Source: the human T2T-CHM13v2.0 reference genome, Homo sapiens
Assembly (NCBI RefSeq): GCF_009914755.1
Contig: NC_060938.1
Reading direction: 5' to 3' (one strand)
DNA length: 64,000 nt
Below are positions 1-22,231 of this stretch, piece by piece. The translations under genes were made by a program, and so were the position numbers. The notes under the pieces were generated by a model. The model saw only the letters and a program-made list of their open reading frames with translations, made no database searches and had not been told where the DNA came from. Each line of letters opens with the position of its first letter. The stretch's first letter is position 1.

Positions 1-287
1 TGTTTAAAAAACTGCATACAAGGAAACTTTTACCCCTTTGTCAAATACTGTTTGAGAAGGTACTTGTCAAAAAGTTGAAGGAAAAAATTGAGTTGTGATA
101 CTCAAATATGAATCAAATAAAAATACCAATTTGTACATAAATTAGGTAAATTTTAACACATGAATAATGACTCCGAGTTTTGCTAAAACCCGCTGTTGGC
201 TTTCTATATGATTCCCTATTCTCAACGTTTTTGATTATTAACAAAGAATGGCTATCAAACTTACTCAAGATTTTTTTTCCCCCATAA

Positions 288-1121
<834 letters not shown>

Positions 1122-1239
1122 TGTGGATTTTAATTGAAAAAAGATAGTGGTTTTTAGCAAATTACAACTACTGGCTCAGAAGTAATAAATCTAAGCTTCA
1201 CATTTATTCCATAGAATTATATTGTTTTTCTTATAATGA

Positions 1240-1410
<171 letters not shown>

Positions 1411-2368
1411 TTTACTGTAAGATTTTTGATGGCTGCATGACAGATGTTGGCTTATTGTAAAAATAAAGTTAAAGAAAATAATGTATGTATTGGCAATGAT
1501 GTCATTAAAAGTATATGAATAAAAATATGAGTAACATCATAAAAATTAGTAATTCAACTTTTAAGATACAGAAGAAATTTGTATGTTTGTTAAAGTTGCA
1601 TTTATTGCAGCAAGTTACAAAGGGAAAGTGTTGAAGCTTTTCATATTTGCTGCGTGAGCATTTTGTAAAATATTGAAAGTGGTTTGAGATAGTGGTATAA
1701 GAAAGCATTTCTTATGACTTATTTTGTATCATTTGTTTTCCTCATCTAAAAAGTTGAATAAAATCTGTTTGATTCAGTTCTCCTACATATATATTCTTGT
1801 CTTTTCTGAGTATATTTACTGTGGTCCTTTAGGTTCTTTAGCAAGTAAACTATTTGATAACCCAGATGGATTGTGGATTTTTGAATATTATTTTAAAATA
1901 GTACACATACTTAATGTTCATAAGATCATCTTCTTAAATAAAACATGGATGTGTGGGTATGTCTGTACTCCTCCTTTCAGAAAGTGTTTACATATTCTTC
2001 ATCTACTGTGATTAAGCTCATTGTTGGTTAATTGAAAATATACATGCACATCCATAACTTTTTAAAGAGTATGATTCAACGTAATATTTGCTAATATGTG
2101 ACTGGGTTTTCTTGGTTTATGTAAGACGATAGGTCCCTGTTGAGGATGTGAAGGTCTGGACCCTCTTCCAGGAAAAATTCTAACATACAATTTTGCGTAT
2201 ACTATAATTTCAGGAAATTTATTGTTTCCCAAGCTCATCCAAGGACTCTTTAGGTATGTATGGATACCTGGCTAAGAGTGTATGATGTAGGGGATGTAGG
2301 AGTGTCAGAAATGTTCAAAACATGATTTCTGTTACCTATACATGATTCTTATATCATCTGGCAATAAA
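1411..2368 (+). terminator. PSMC6: PSMC6 3' UTR region with tandem AATAAA poly(A) signals
   Basis: AATAAA at 1462, 1518, 1757, 1937 and 2363. Which are used cannot be read from sequence. Confidence 0.65.
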
Positions 2369-2809
2369 AGCTATAACAAAGTACACAAAGGAATCATCAT
2401 TGGGCATCAATAATTATTAAAGATGCTGGTGAAAAGAAAAGACAACTTCAGTTTCATAAACACTAAAGAACCAAAAATACATGACCTAGCTAATTATACA
2501 ATAATTCTTCAAATTAAAAACTTCCTAGCAGGATATTATGTGCCTTTTTATAATTTTAGAAGATGAACAGTTAAAATAGAAAATGGAGTGGTCAAGTTAG
2601 CCATCTCATACTCAAATTATTGTACAGTTCTATTTCTATGTGTTGGCAGTGCATTTTATGTGACAAAAAGTAGAATGTAGGGGGAGGTTTAAGTCAAATA
2701 TCTATGTGATCTTTTCACTTATAATTTGCATTTAGTTAAGGAGTGACTATCTTGCCTTTTACCTTTGTGCTGGCGGTGGTTTTTTAAAGAATCAATTTGG
2801 TGTACAAAT

Positions 2810-3125
2810 CCTTTCTTTCTTTTTTTATTTTTGATTTTTTTTGAGATGGAGTTTCGCTCTTGTTGCCCAGGCTATAGTGCCATTGCACTATCTCAGCTCA
2901 TTGCAACCTCCGCCTCCCGGATTTAAGCGGTTCTCCTGCCTCAGCCTTCTAAGTAGCTGCGATTACTGGCATGCGCCACCACACCCAGCTAATTTTTGTA
3001 TTTTTAGTAGAGACGGGGTTTTTCCATGTTGGTCAGGCTGGTCTCAAACTCCCGACCTCAGGTGATCCACACGCCTCAGCCGCCCAAAGTGCTGGGATTA
3101 CAGGCGTGAGCCTCCGCGCCCGGCC
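2810..3125 (-). mobile_element. Alu between PSMC6 and the STYX promoter
   Basis: Reverse Alu consensus. Confidence 0.9.
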
Positions 3126-3659
3126 CAAATCTTTTCACCATGGGTTTACAGGCATAACGCCACCACACCCAGGGAATTTTAAAATTGTTTTTTAGAGAGG
3201 GGGGTCTTACTATTTTGCTCAGGCTGGCAAACTCCTTTTAAAAGATATTGAAAGCCATCTGGTTTATTATTTTTATTTCAAAATATAATAATGGAAGAAA
3301 TTTTACAGTATTATATACAATTTACTGAGTCAGCTATCAGTTCCTTTTTCTGATTTTTTTCTAGTTGCCATTCTTGATATTTTCTAGGTAATCTAAACTG
3401 AGTTGTATTTTCAAGTACTCTTCAAATACTTTAAAAAATTTTAAATTGAGCCGTTTAATTCTTTGCTTAAAGGTGATGGGTATTTTATTTTCTGTATGGC
3501 ACCACGTGATTTTAAATTGAACTCTTCATTTATTAGTCATTTGGTTATAAACTCAGCATAGATTGCGCAGAATTTTGAGAGGGGAGAAACTATAGCTTTC
3601 CTTTCGGATGCCACTGGTGGGTAGCCTGTTTTGCCTGTTTGTTCTTATGTTAAAGAAGG

Positions 3660-4530
3660 GCTCTACGTCCTGTCTGGAAAGGGCGGAGCTGGCTCGGACC
3701 GCCCCACTGCCTTTCCCAGGACCTTCACTCGTCCTGTCCCACCGCAGCCCCGCCTCCTCCACGCCGGGTGAGCTGTGGCCTAGCAGCATCCGAGGCTCCG
3801 CCCCCCCCACCCCCCAGCGTCTGCGCTCTAGCGAAGGGGCGGAGCAGGGCGGTGGCGCGCTGACACCTGGCGGCGGCGGAGGGCGGGCAGAAGGCGAGCG
3901 TGGGCTGGGATTGGCTGAGGCGACGCGGGTGGAGGGGGCGGGAAGGAGGCGGGGAGACGGTTGTCGGGCTGGTTCCTGTGCTGGATCCTGGGCGGCCTGA
4001 GGGGTACGGAGACTCTGGGGGAGGGAGACGGCAGCGGCATGGCGGCCGGGTGTAAGACGCCCGACCCTCCTCTTCCCTGTCTTCGCCGCCGCCGCTGCTG
4101 GAGTCACTGGGACCCTCTAGTCTGCGTGTGTTAGTTGTAATCCCGCCGCCCTCCTGTCAGCCCTCCGCTCCGCCGGCCCTCCTTCCTTCCGCCGCCGCAG
4201 CCAGCCCGAGGGTCGGCCGGCTGTGTAACACTCTCCCACCCCACCCACCAGCCCGCGGGCCAGCACCATGGAGGACGTGAAGCTGGAGTTCCCTTCCCTT
4301 CCACAGTGCAAGGAAGACGCCGAGGTGAGTCGCTCCCGTGGCTGCCACGCACAGGCCTCTCCCTGTGGCTCCGGCCGAGGGGCGACCCCAGTCCCCAACC
4401 GTCTTAGCCGCCACCTGTACGGGCGCCCTGCCTCCTAAGGGCGTCCCGGGACCTCTGAAGCCGAGCGGTCGGCTCCAATCCCCACTGAGTTGCTCGTCCT
4501 CTCCAGACCCCGCGGAGGGGCAGCGTCTGG
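3660..4530 (+). promoter_or_regulatory. STYX: CpG-island promoter / first exon of STYX
   Basis: Abrupt GC- and CpG-rich segment. Multiple GC boxes (GGGCGG at ~3681, 3837, 3847, 3881, 3936), reverse CCAAT (GATTGG at 3909), no TATA box seen. Encloses the STYX ATG. Confidence 0.88.
4268..4324 (+). CDS. STYX: STYX coding exon 1: MEDVKLEFPSLPQCKEDAE
   Basis: Kozak accATGG, in-frame upstream TAA at 4226, donor GAG|gtgagt. Confidence 0.96.
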
Positions 4531-5226
4531 TGTACTTACATTTGAGAAGAGGAAAAGCAATCCCTTAGTCCCTAGGCTTGGCATCCAGGACTGACCTGGA
4601 GTAAGGTTCCTCTTTTATTGTCAAAGTAACAAGAGAGCGAAGTTGGTTTAGTCTCCTTTTGAGGAATATCTGTGGTGTAAACGATTCACTTGTGGGACAC
4701 ATGGCCCCACATGTGAAATAGACTCGGCGCCTGAAGTTTGGAAGCGCGCCTTCGAAAAGTTTCCCAAAGTTTTTTGTTTGTTTTTGGACAAAGCTATGAC
4801 CCGCACAACAAAGTGTCTCAAAGCTAGCTCATCTTAATCTGAGAACTCTTAATCAGAAATCTTGACCTTTGGAGGAAAATTAATATTGAAAGTAAAATAC
4901 TATATACCTTTTCTCCTGGTTTCTAATTTGTGGCTATTTTTACTCCACCTTAGATCCCTGCCTGCTGTTTCTACTCGGATTTTTTTTCATCTGTTGCTAG
5001 TTTAACATTTTACGGCATTGCAGACTACTAAATTAGAATTTTCTGGAGGCTAAATTAACAAGACGAAGATACTCAGCTATACTTTAGTAGGATTAAGAAA
5101 GAAAATCTAACATCGCTAGTTAAAAATACCTTTAAAGTAGTTGGGAAAAATAAAGCCCTATTTTTAGGAGACCATTCAATTTATTCCGAATATTTATTCT
5201 ATTGAATATCTTCATTGGAGGTTCAC

Positions 5227-6760
<1,534 letters not shown>

Positions 6761-7114
6761 GAAGGAGTATGCTTTCATATCCTCAAAATGATTCAGTAAT
6801 TTCAGCACTTAACTGCAAGCAACCTTACAAATAATGTAGAGGAGTCCCACATTCCAGGTGAAGAAATTGTACCTTACTGAAAATAAGTGATGTGCCAAAT
6901 TAACAACACAGTAGCACAAGACACAGAAGGACCTCGGCCTCCTAATTCATTGTTCTTTTTAATACACTTCAATTCTTCCCTGCCCTAATCTTAAAAATTC
7001 TAGTTTAAAATTTTCCCGGACTTTGCATTTAATCTGTTACTGTGTATATCATTATGTATGCCTTATTCCTGCAAAACTGATAAATTCTTGCTGGGAATAT
7101 ATACCTGTCTTTTC

Positions 7115-8423
7115 TGTGTGGGACTTGAAAACACACTCTTTTTTTTATGCTACCAGATGTGTGGGGGTTTTTCCATACCAAGCAGTTTTCCAGCAGGCAT
7201 GAACTGAATGTCCCATAATTCAATTCTGACACATATGTACCTGAAGTTAGTCAGATCCCACAGGTTAATGGCTCAGTCCCGCAAGGCTGCCCCCAACCTC
7301 AGATGGTAATCACAAGTAGTAGGTTGTCACCTATACACTCCTGACTGACTGTAAATCAGGGTTCCCGTTACTCCCTCCTTGGTTCAGTTAACTTGCTAGA
7401 GTGACTTACAGGACTCAGGGAAGTACATTTACGGGTTTATTATAAAGGATACTACAAAAGATCAGTGAACAGCCAGTAGGAAGAGATGAATAGGGCAAGG
7501 TATGGGGGAAGGGGCACACCACCATCCCAGTGTCACCAGTAGAGTCATGATTGCAAGCTGTCCAGGTTCTTGGCGTTTTGAACAAAGAATTGGACAAAAC
7601 TCCAAGCAAAGAAAGAATGAAGCAACAAAAGAACAAAAGCAGGGATTTATTGAAAACAAAAGTACACTCCACAGTGTGGGAGCTGCCCTAGCAGCACTCC
7701 CCCCCGACCCCCGCTGCTTTACCGAATCTTCTTGGGTCCAAATACCCCCTAGAAGTTTCCCATTGGCCATTCCATGCTCACCTCATGTAAATGAAGAGGT
7801 GGCTTGCAATTGGTCTGATTGGTTGCCAGACCCACCCCCACATCAGTCCGCTTGGTTGTGGACAGCGACCATTCAGTGGCTAGAGTGAAGTTACAAAGTT
7901 GCAAACGAAGATTCCACCCGCAGTCAGTCTGATTTGTTGAGGACAGCCAATTTCCCGTCTACTGTGCAGAAAAGGTAGGTGGTTTGCAACGGGAGTAGCC
8001 TCTGGTCCTTTTGTTACTTAGGCGTGGAAAGTTAGGGTTTTCCCTTCAAGTTAGTTCTGGGAAGTCGGGGTGAAACAGCCTTAGATTCCCTGCCTCCAGA
8101 CCCTATTCACCTGCCTCACTAGCACCTCCAGTGTTTTCATCCAGAAGCTCAACAAATCTTATTCAACGGTTTTTATAGAACTTCATCTCCATCCCCTCCC
8201 ATAGAGGTGTGTGTGTGTGTGAGGCTGAGAGTTCAACCCTCTTGTCACATGGTCTTTCTGGTGACTGGCCCCACCCTAAATCACTTCATTAGCATAATCA
8301 GGTTTGATCAAAAATAGTGGCTCATAAATAACCAAAGACACTCCTATTAGAAAATTCCAAGAGTTTTAGGAGGACTGTGACAGGAACTGGAGAGAAAGAC
8401 CATGTATTTCATATTATATCACA
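7115..8423 (-). mobile_element. MER21-like LTR, interrupted by a nested LTR
   Basis: TG...CA ends. Segments such as ...gtcagatcccacaggttaatggctcagtccc... and terminal ...attatatcaca resemble the recalled MER21 consensus. Confidence 0.65.
7531..8118 (-). mobile_element. MER51-like ERV1 solo LTR nested in the MER21-like element
   Basis: Minus strand begins TGAGGCAGGTGAATAGGGTCTGGAGGCAGGGAA. Repeated CCAAT boxes, minus-strand AATAAA at ~7646, near-TSD ccag/ctag. Confidence 0.72.
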
Positions 8424-8577
8424 GGGACAGAGGTAATGGTTAAAGCTAGTGGATAATGATGCAAGTATTGTCTGCTGAAAGCCAATTCGTTCCGTATTTC
8501 TTAATATTGCATGTTTGGTATCTTTTGGTTGCAAGCAACAAAAACGAATTTAAGAAAAAGAAGAAGTAATTAAATCC

Positions 8578-8938
<361 letters not shown>

Positions 8939-11537
8939 TCAGAACTGCCTTTGTCTCTCATGAGTTCTTATCTCTACTTTCTCTCAGAGTCTCTGCTTTC
9001 TCTCTGGCTTCTCCAAGATGTGAAGCTTGGCCATCTGGGGTCACACCTTTATGAGCTTGGTTATTGAGGAATAAAACTGAACACTTCCAGCTTCTGTGTT
9101 TGAAATCTAGAGGAATTGCCCAATTTAATTCATGTTCCCACACTTTGGATCAGTCACTGTAGCCAGGAAAGGGCAGATACAATGAGGGGCCCCATCTAGG
9201 TCATATCCCTAATTCCTTGGCTAGAGGAGTGAAGTTTATTGTTGGTAGCCCTCCCACCAAAACCATAGGAACATTTCCACAGGTAGAGGGTACTTTCTGG
9301 GCTGATAAAACTATACATAGGGGCCACATAAATAAACTATTAAATAGGAGCATATAGTTATTCATAATAAACTGACTAATAAGCACTGTTAATTTTCTAA
9401 TCTCCAGTGAGATAATGTAAAGTGTCAAATGGTCTTAAGTAGTTAGAGTGATCAGCCAGCATTGTTTCTTTGACACAGGGAGCACTACCTGGAAATCCAA
9501 ATTACAGACCAAATTTAATAAAAACGGAATTCAAGCAGAGAGTTCAGGGAATGCTTTTAATGTTAATGTGATCAAGCTATGATAGGTTGATGATTCTGTC
9601 ACCTCTACAAGAATATTACTTTCACGTTTCTTGAAATATTGGTATTCTTTGTATAGGACAGTGCTAACAAAAATTTAGATCAGTCAGTTTGTGAAAAGAT
9701 TGTTACTTTTTTTGTTTAAAACTTTTTCATGAATTTCCATTGTTTTGAAGATGAAATTTAAACCCTTGACATTATTTCCAGGGTCCTGTATGGTCTGACA
9801 TCTGCATACCTCTCTAACCTCATTATGAGCTACTCTTCTTGCTCCTTTCTCTGTAAGCCCTAGCCATATTTATCTTCTCTCAGTTCCTGGAATGCTTTAA
9901 TTTCCACCCCCCGCCTTCAGAGCCTTTATGTTTGCTATTTTCCCCTGCCTTGGCTGCCAGCACCTTCCTTACCCTCACCTAATTAACTGCTTACCCTTGG
10001 GTTAGATCCCACTTTAGGCAACATTTCTTCAGAGAAGCTTTTCCTGTTTGCCAGTTTCTCTAACTCCTTTCCTCATCCTCTAGACTGGTTCAATTCCCCA
10101 GCTACTATGGCACTTGGTACTTTAATACTTACCTTTGTAACATTTAACAATTTTTGGTCATTGTCTATTTTCCATTTAGACTGAACCTTTCATAAGAGAG
10201 CTTAGATATTAGGAAGAAGGAGTAGCTGATAGTACCAATTTTTAAGCAAATTGGTTGTAGCTGGGGCTATTGGTTTTATAATTTAAAAGTTAATGTTTTA
10301 TCTTCTCTTCTGACAGAAAGTGAAATATTTATTTCCATTGCAGTTTAGCAACTTTCCATGTTTCCCTTTCCATTTTTCTTGTGAATCCCGTAGTACAGGA
10401 TCAAAGATAGGAATTATTTAACATACATGGCTGAGGATTCCTTTTCTAGCTCCTTTATTTAGAATGGTGCTTTTTAACCCTTACTCTAGAGTAAGGAATT
10501 TTTTAAAAATACTGATGCCTGGACCCTACCAGCACCTATTGTAGTTTAATTTATCTGAATGAAGCTAGATGATTCTAATGTTCAGTCAGGTTTAAAAATT
10601 GCTGGTTTAGAAAATATCTTGAGTACTCTTCTGCCCCTCCAGTCCCTGCCCACCTTCTCTTTTTATTTGAGTGAAACATTTTCTTTTCTCCTTTGATTTA
10701 AGCAAAGCTCAAGCTTGGTGTGGGAATGAAAGGAAAAGGACTTTGGAGGGATTTACCTATTTTTTCTAGGAGAGAAAGTGCAATACTAACTTTTCTGTTT
10801 TGTGGAATGTCCCAGTGCAAGTCTAGTATTCTGATGTTTTTTTTCTTCCCCAAACTGTTGCCCCCCACCTCCAGCCTATGTACAATTTGTGTTTTATTTT
10901 AGTATTGTGTATATAGGATTCAGCACTATCCTCAAATGTATGAACATATCCCCTGTGGATAAGGGGGGACTACTGTATTTGTAAAAGTTCATATTTCATA
11001 TTTCAATGCATATAAGAATTATTTTATCTAATGGTTACAGTCTATATCCTTCATTGATGTGTTTATTTGAGGGTCTTTGAACATTTTTGTAACTTTTCTC
11101 TATCCAAATGCAGTTTTATAGATCATTTTTATGGAAAGGAAGGAGATAATTCGGAAGGATGTTTTAACATGTGGTACTTTCTACCTCATGTTGATTGAAA
11201 GATTTTCACTTGTGAATTAATTTGTCTCAGAATCATGGTGTTTCACAATAGAGGGTTATTTTGGTTTATCTGGCTTGCCTTGGTTTGGTTAATGTGGTTG
11301 AACTGCTTGGCTACTCATAAAGTTTGGGAAATTGATTTCTACTAATTAATTACAATAGTAACTTAAAATAGATCATTGCTGGTGATATGGAGATGCCTCC
11401 ATTAATACCACGGTTTCTAAAATGATAGATTTCAGGAGTAGTGTGAGCAGGCTGAGATTAAGAATTAAGTGTGATAGTGGCAAGACTTGGTTATTAGACG
11501 TGTGTTCAGACGGATGTGTGGTAGAAGAAGACTATGA

Positions 11538-11869
<332 letters not shown>

Positions 11870-12399
11870 AACAGGCAGGTTTAAGGTTTGTTCTGTAGGT
11901 GGTAATCTGGGTTAGGGCAGCAAAGAAGGTGGATTCTGAGATCAGCATCTGATGATAACACCAGGAATAGTTCCAAATGAACTTTTCTGTGAGAGAAAGC
12001 TTTCTAGGTTTCAAAGGATCCATACCTATTGCAGTAATTACTAATGTTCTCTGAAGAAGGCTTCTTATCTGTCCTGTGACTAGGAATAATTTTTCATTCC
12101 CTCCTACTATACAACTTGCTTTTCCCTCTTATAATATCTTCCATATATATATATATCTCAAGAGAGTCTTTCATGTTGTATTACATATAACCTTATGGAA
12201 AGCTCAAAAGTTCTTTGAAGCCTCTTGTTTTGCTAAAAGGTTCAGGTAAATTTTGCATTCTATCCCATATGTGCCTGTTTGTTTTAATATAAAAATTGTT
12301 TAAATTAGTAACCAGTGAAAATACTGTTTCTCCCTAAAGAATTTTTTTGATAAAATTGATACTTCAGTGGCTTTGAGTGTCTTTTGGCATATTGCCAAA

Positions 12400-13061
12400 T
12401 GAAGGTGTTGAGGAAATGCCACTCCAAAATATGACACCTTGATATATTGATTACTTTAAGTTGGAAACACTTGCAAAGTAGCAAATGCAAAGAAACACTT
12501 TCTCTGAACTCCTGTTACCTACCTAAGGACAGATCCTCCAAAAGAAGCTCAATTTGCTCCTAGGGAGTTTGATCAACCAGGGAAGATTGTCTCTTATCAC
12601 TGGAGAGGAGAGTAAAAGTCAGCACCACACCCAGACAAACTGACACAAAGTATCATCTATTATTATTCTAAGGGCCCATTTATCTTTCTCCAGAATTGTT
12701 CTTCTAAATTGCCTGTATACCTCTACCCCCATGCTATATAAAGGGTATATAAACTCCTAAATATCACTTTTTTTTTTTTTGTATACACGTTTCTTTCCTG
12801 TGATACCCCCATGCACATAATGAATCTGTATACCTTTTCTCCGTTTAGTTTATTTCATAGACTGGTTTGAAATATCACGGATTTTGTTTGTTTTTGGTAT
12901 ACACTTTTTAAAAATATCACTTTTTTTTTTTTGGTATACACTTTTCTTTCCTGTGATACTCCCATACACATAATAAATTTGTATACATTTTCTCCATTTA
13001 GTTTATTTCATAGACTGTTATCGAATCCTGATGGTAGAGGGAAAGTCTTCCTTGCCTTACA
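12400..13061 (+). mobile_element. MER34/MER39-like ERV1 solo LTR with internal tandem duplication
   Basis: TG...CA ends. Start ...cactccaaaatatgacacctt...attgattacttt, TATA-like tatataaa, end cttgccttaca. Confidence 0.55.
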
Positions 13062-13409
13062 CAAGTATTTCCCAGAATATATTTACACCATTCCTTGATA
13101 TGTGTTGCCCTGTTTTTTTTTCTTTAATTACACAAAATTTAGTGATTTCACTTTAGATAAATTCAAAAGTACGCATTTCTTTAATTGATTTTCTTCTTTA
13201 TCACAGCTCTGACAAGTTGCTTCAGGAAGATAAGGCTGGCTGTTAGACTACTTGAGAATCTTTTAAAAAGAAAAAAGTCAATAACATTTAGTGCAGTAGA
13301 TCTCTGAAATGCATCTATTTTGTGCTTATTCTGTGTCAGGCACTGTGCTTATCATTAGGGGTACCATGACTAAAAAGAGTATTTGGCCTAAAGTCTTTAA
13401 AAACTGTTT

Positions 13410-14088
<679 letters not shown>

Positions 14089-14559
14089 GTATCTAGTAAA
14101 CAATTACATTTCCCTCATTGCTGGCTTAGAAATTACATGCTTTATTTCTATTCTGTTAATATCCATAAATTAGTCATTATTTTATGCAGCCAATATTTGT
14201 TTAATTGTAACTGTATGTTTGCCGTAAAGTTCATTCTTACATTGAAAGACTGTATAGTATATTGATTCAGAGAATGAACTCTGGGTTCAGACTATCTGGA
14301 TCCAAAATCAAGTTACTTAGGTTCTCTATGACTAAAATAGACAGTGATAGTATCCCTTCTTCAAAGAACATTTTAACTTTTTTTCTTTAAAGATATTTTT
14401 CCGAGCATATATTCTTAATTAACAGTTGTTTTTGTCCTGCCACTATGAATGAATTATTTGTGTCCTCTGGCTTCTGTTCATGCAATTGAGAAGTCAGTGT
14501 CCATCTGATTGTCCTTCCTTTGTGTGTAATCTGTCTTTTGTCTAGTTGATCTTTTTTAA

Positions 14560-15531
<972 letters not shown>

Positions 15532-16297
15532 CTATTCACTGATTTTTAATTTCAATTATACTTCTTATTTCTACATATTCTGTGTTTTTAAAAATCAATT
15601 TCTTAGTCTGGTCATATTTTGATACTCTAATTTCTTTAAATTTTTTATATTTTTCGTTATTGCTTATAATATCTGCAGTTTTGTAAGTGTAACTCAGTTG
15701 TTTCTGCTTCCTGTGGTGGCTCATTTCCTGTTTTTAAATTAGTTTTTGATTGTGAGCTTGTTGGGACTTTATCTGTGTGAATTATTTCTGATCTAGGTTT
15801 AAGGTGTGTTTTTCTAGAGAATATGCATTTGCTTCTTCCAGGAATCCAGGGATGCAATCTACCCAGGACCACTTACATTAAATTCTCACTTGGCCTCACA
15901 AAAGTAACTGAATTCTAACCCCAAACTTGAGTGGATGCCAGATTGTGGTTAGGAAGACCCCACTCCACCACTACCAATACCTACCCAGAGCCAAAGCTAG
16001 GAAGGACAAGAGTACTCACTTCTGTGGGATGAGTTGAGTTTTTGTTTTTCTTTCTTTCCCTAGTTTATCTTTCACTGAGGATGTTGCCTTTGGGAGTTCT
16101 AGCTTTTTGGTCTTGATCTGAGTTCGACTTTGAGCAGATCATAGACTTTGTCTTATGTTTACAAGTACGTTTCCACTTAAAATAAGGCCGTAGTGAAGAT
16201 GTAGAACAACTAGAAGTCCCATACATTGCTGGTGGGAGTGTACAGTGGTTTTACAAAACTTTTGGCAGTATCTAGTAAAGCCAAACATAGGCCTACC

Positions 16298-17916
<1,619 letters not shown>

Positions 17917-18645
17917 CTTTTAGTCTATTTCGATTCTTCATTTCAATTCACTATACTTTTTTTCTAAGTTTTAAAATATTTTTTATCTTTTACCATTGAC
18001 ATTTTGTGTTGTTTTACAGCTTCTTTATATTGGTCTGCATTCCAAAGACAAAATGAAGTCTCTTATGTTTTGTGATATGTGTTAAAATAATTGAACTAGA
18101 CAAGAATGTTAGGCCCAAGTGAGATGAAGGAAAGGCTCTTTGATAAGCATTTGGCATTTTAGATCAGAGATGGCAAGTACGTATGACATAGCATTCTTCT
18201 TTTATACATTTCAGATATTATTTGTTGATCAGACACTCTTCTTCCTGTCTTGGACCACACAGTGTTTTAGGTATCTGCTGTCAGTTGATCAGAGTTGGCA
18301 TGAGAAACAAAAAAAATCTATTGGCATCTCTGACTTAGAAGATCAGTTTTGGGAGAATCTTCTGGAATATCTATTCTATTCTTAAGTTTAATGAGTAATT
18401 TCATCCATTTTATGAAGTAACATAACAATTCTGGAAGCCTAGTTATTTAAAGAATGCTTTAAGCTTTGTTTCTTGTCACTTCAATTTTCAGATGTTTGTG
18501 AAACCAAGTCTGCTATTTTAATAAAATGTTCTTAAAGTATAATGTAACTTTAAAAAATCTACATACTTGTGTGTCACATCTTTAGCCTTTAATTGGGTGA
18601 CTTTTTAAATGTTATCTACTTTTATTCTTATGTTTTCCTTCCCAG

Positions 18646-18678
18646 GAGTGGACCTACCCTATGAGACGAGAGATGCAG
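18646..18678 (+). CDS. STYX: STYX coding exon 2 (33 nt): EWTYPMRREMQ
   Basis: ttttccttcccag| ... CAG|gtatgg, phase 0-0, continues the frame. Confidence 0.94.
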
Positions 18679-18904
18679 GTATGGCAACCTTTTCTTTGTT
18701 CAAACCAACCCATGTTATTATCATAATAAGAACCTTAGTTTATAGGATTTGAGACCTGCTGATTTCATGATCTGTAGGTTCATCATTATGTATTTTAAAT
18801 AATTATTTTAAATATTTAAGGTTAATCTTGGATCTTAAAACGATGGGAAATTAGAAAGAGGAACGTAGTAATAGGTGTATGTGCTTAATGAGTCACTTTC
18901 TCTT

Positions 18905-22231
<3,327 letters not shown>

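Noticed and set aside
4141-4267. N-terminal extension of STYX from an upstream start
   Set aside because: In-frame TAA at 4226-4228 blocks any extension from further upstream.
3553-4568. Several long ORFs on both strands over the STYX promoter (up to 184 aa)
   Set aside because: Low-complexity Pro/Gly/Ala/Arg products expected from stop-poor GC-rich DNA. No recognisable domain, and several have non-ATG starts.
7415-7888. 128-aa, 102-aa and 85-aa ORFs in STYX intron 1
   Set aside because: They lie within LTR sequence and show no gag/pol/env similarity.
18643-18648. NAGNAG acceptor (cagGAG) at STYX exon 2
   Set aside because: GAG is a very poor distal acceptor, and there is no evidence of use.
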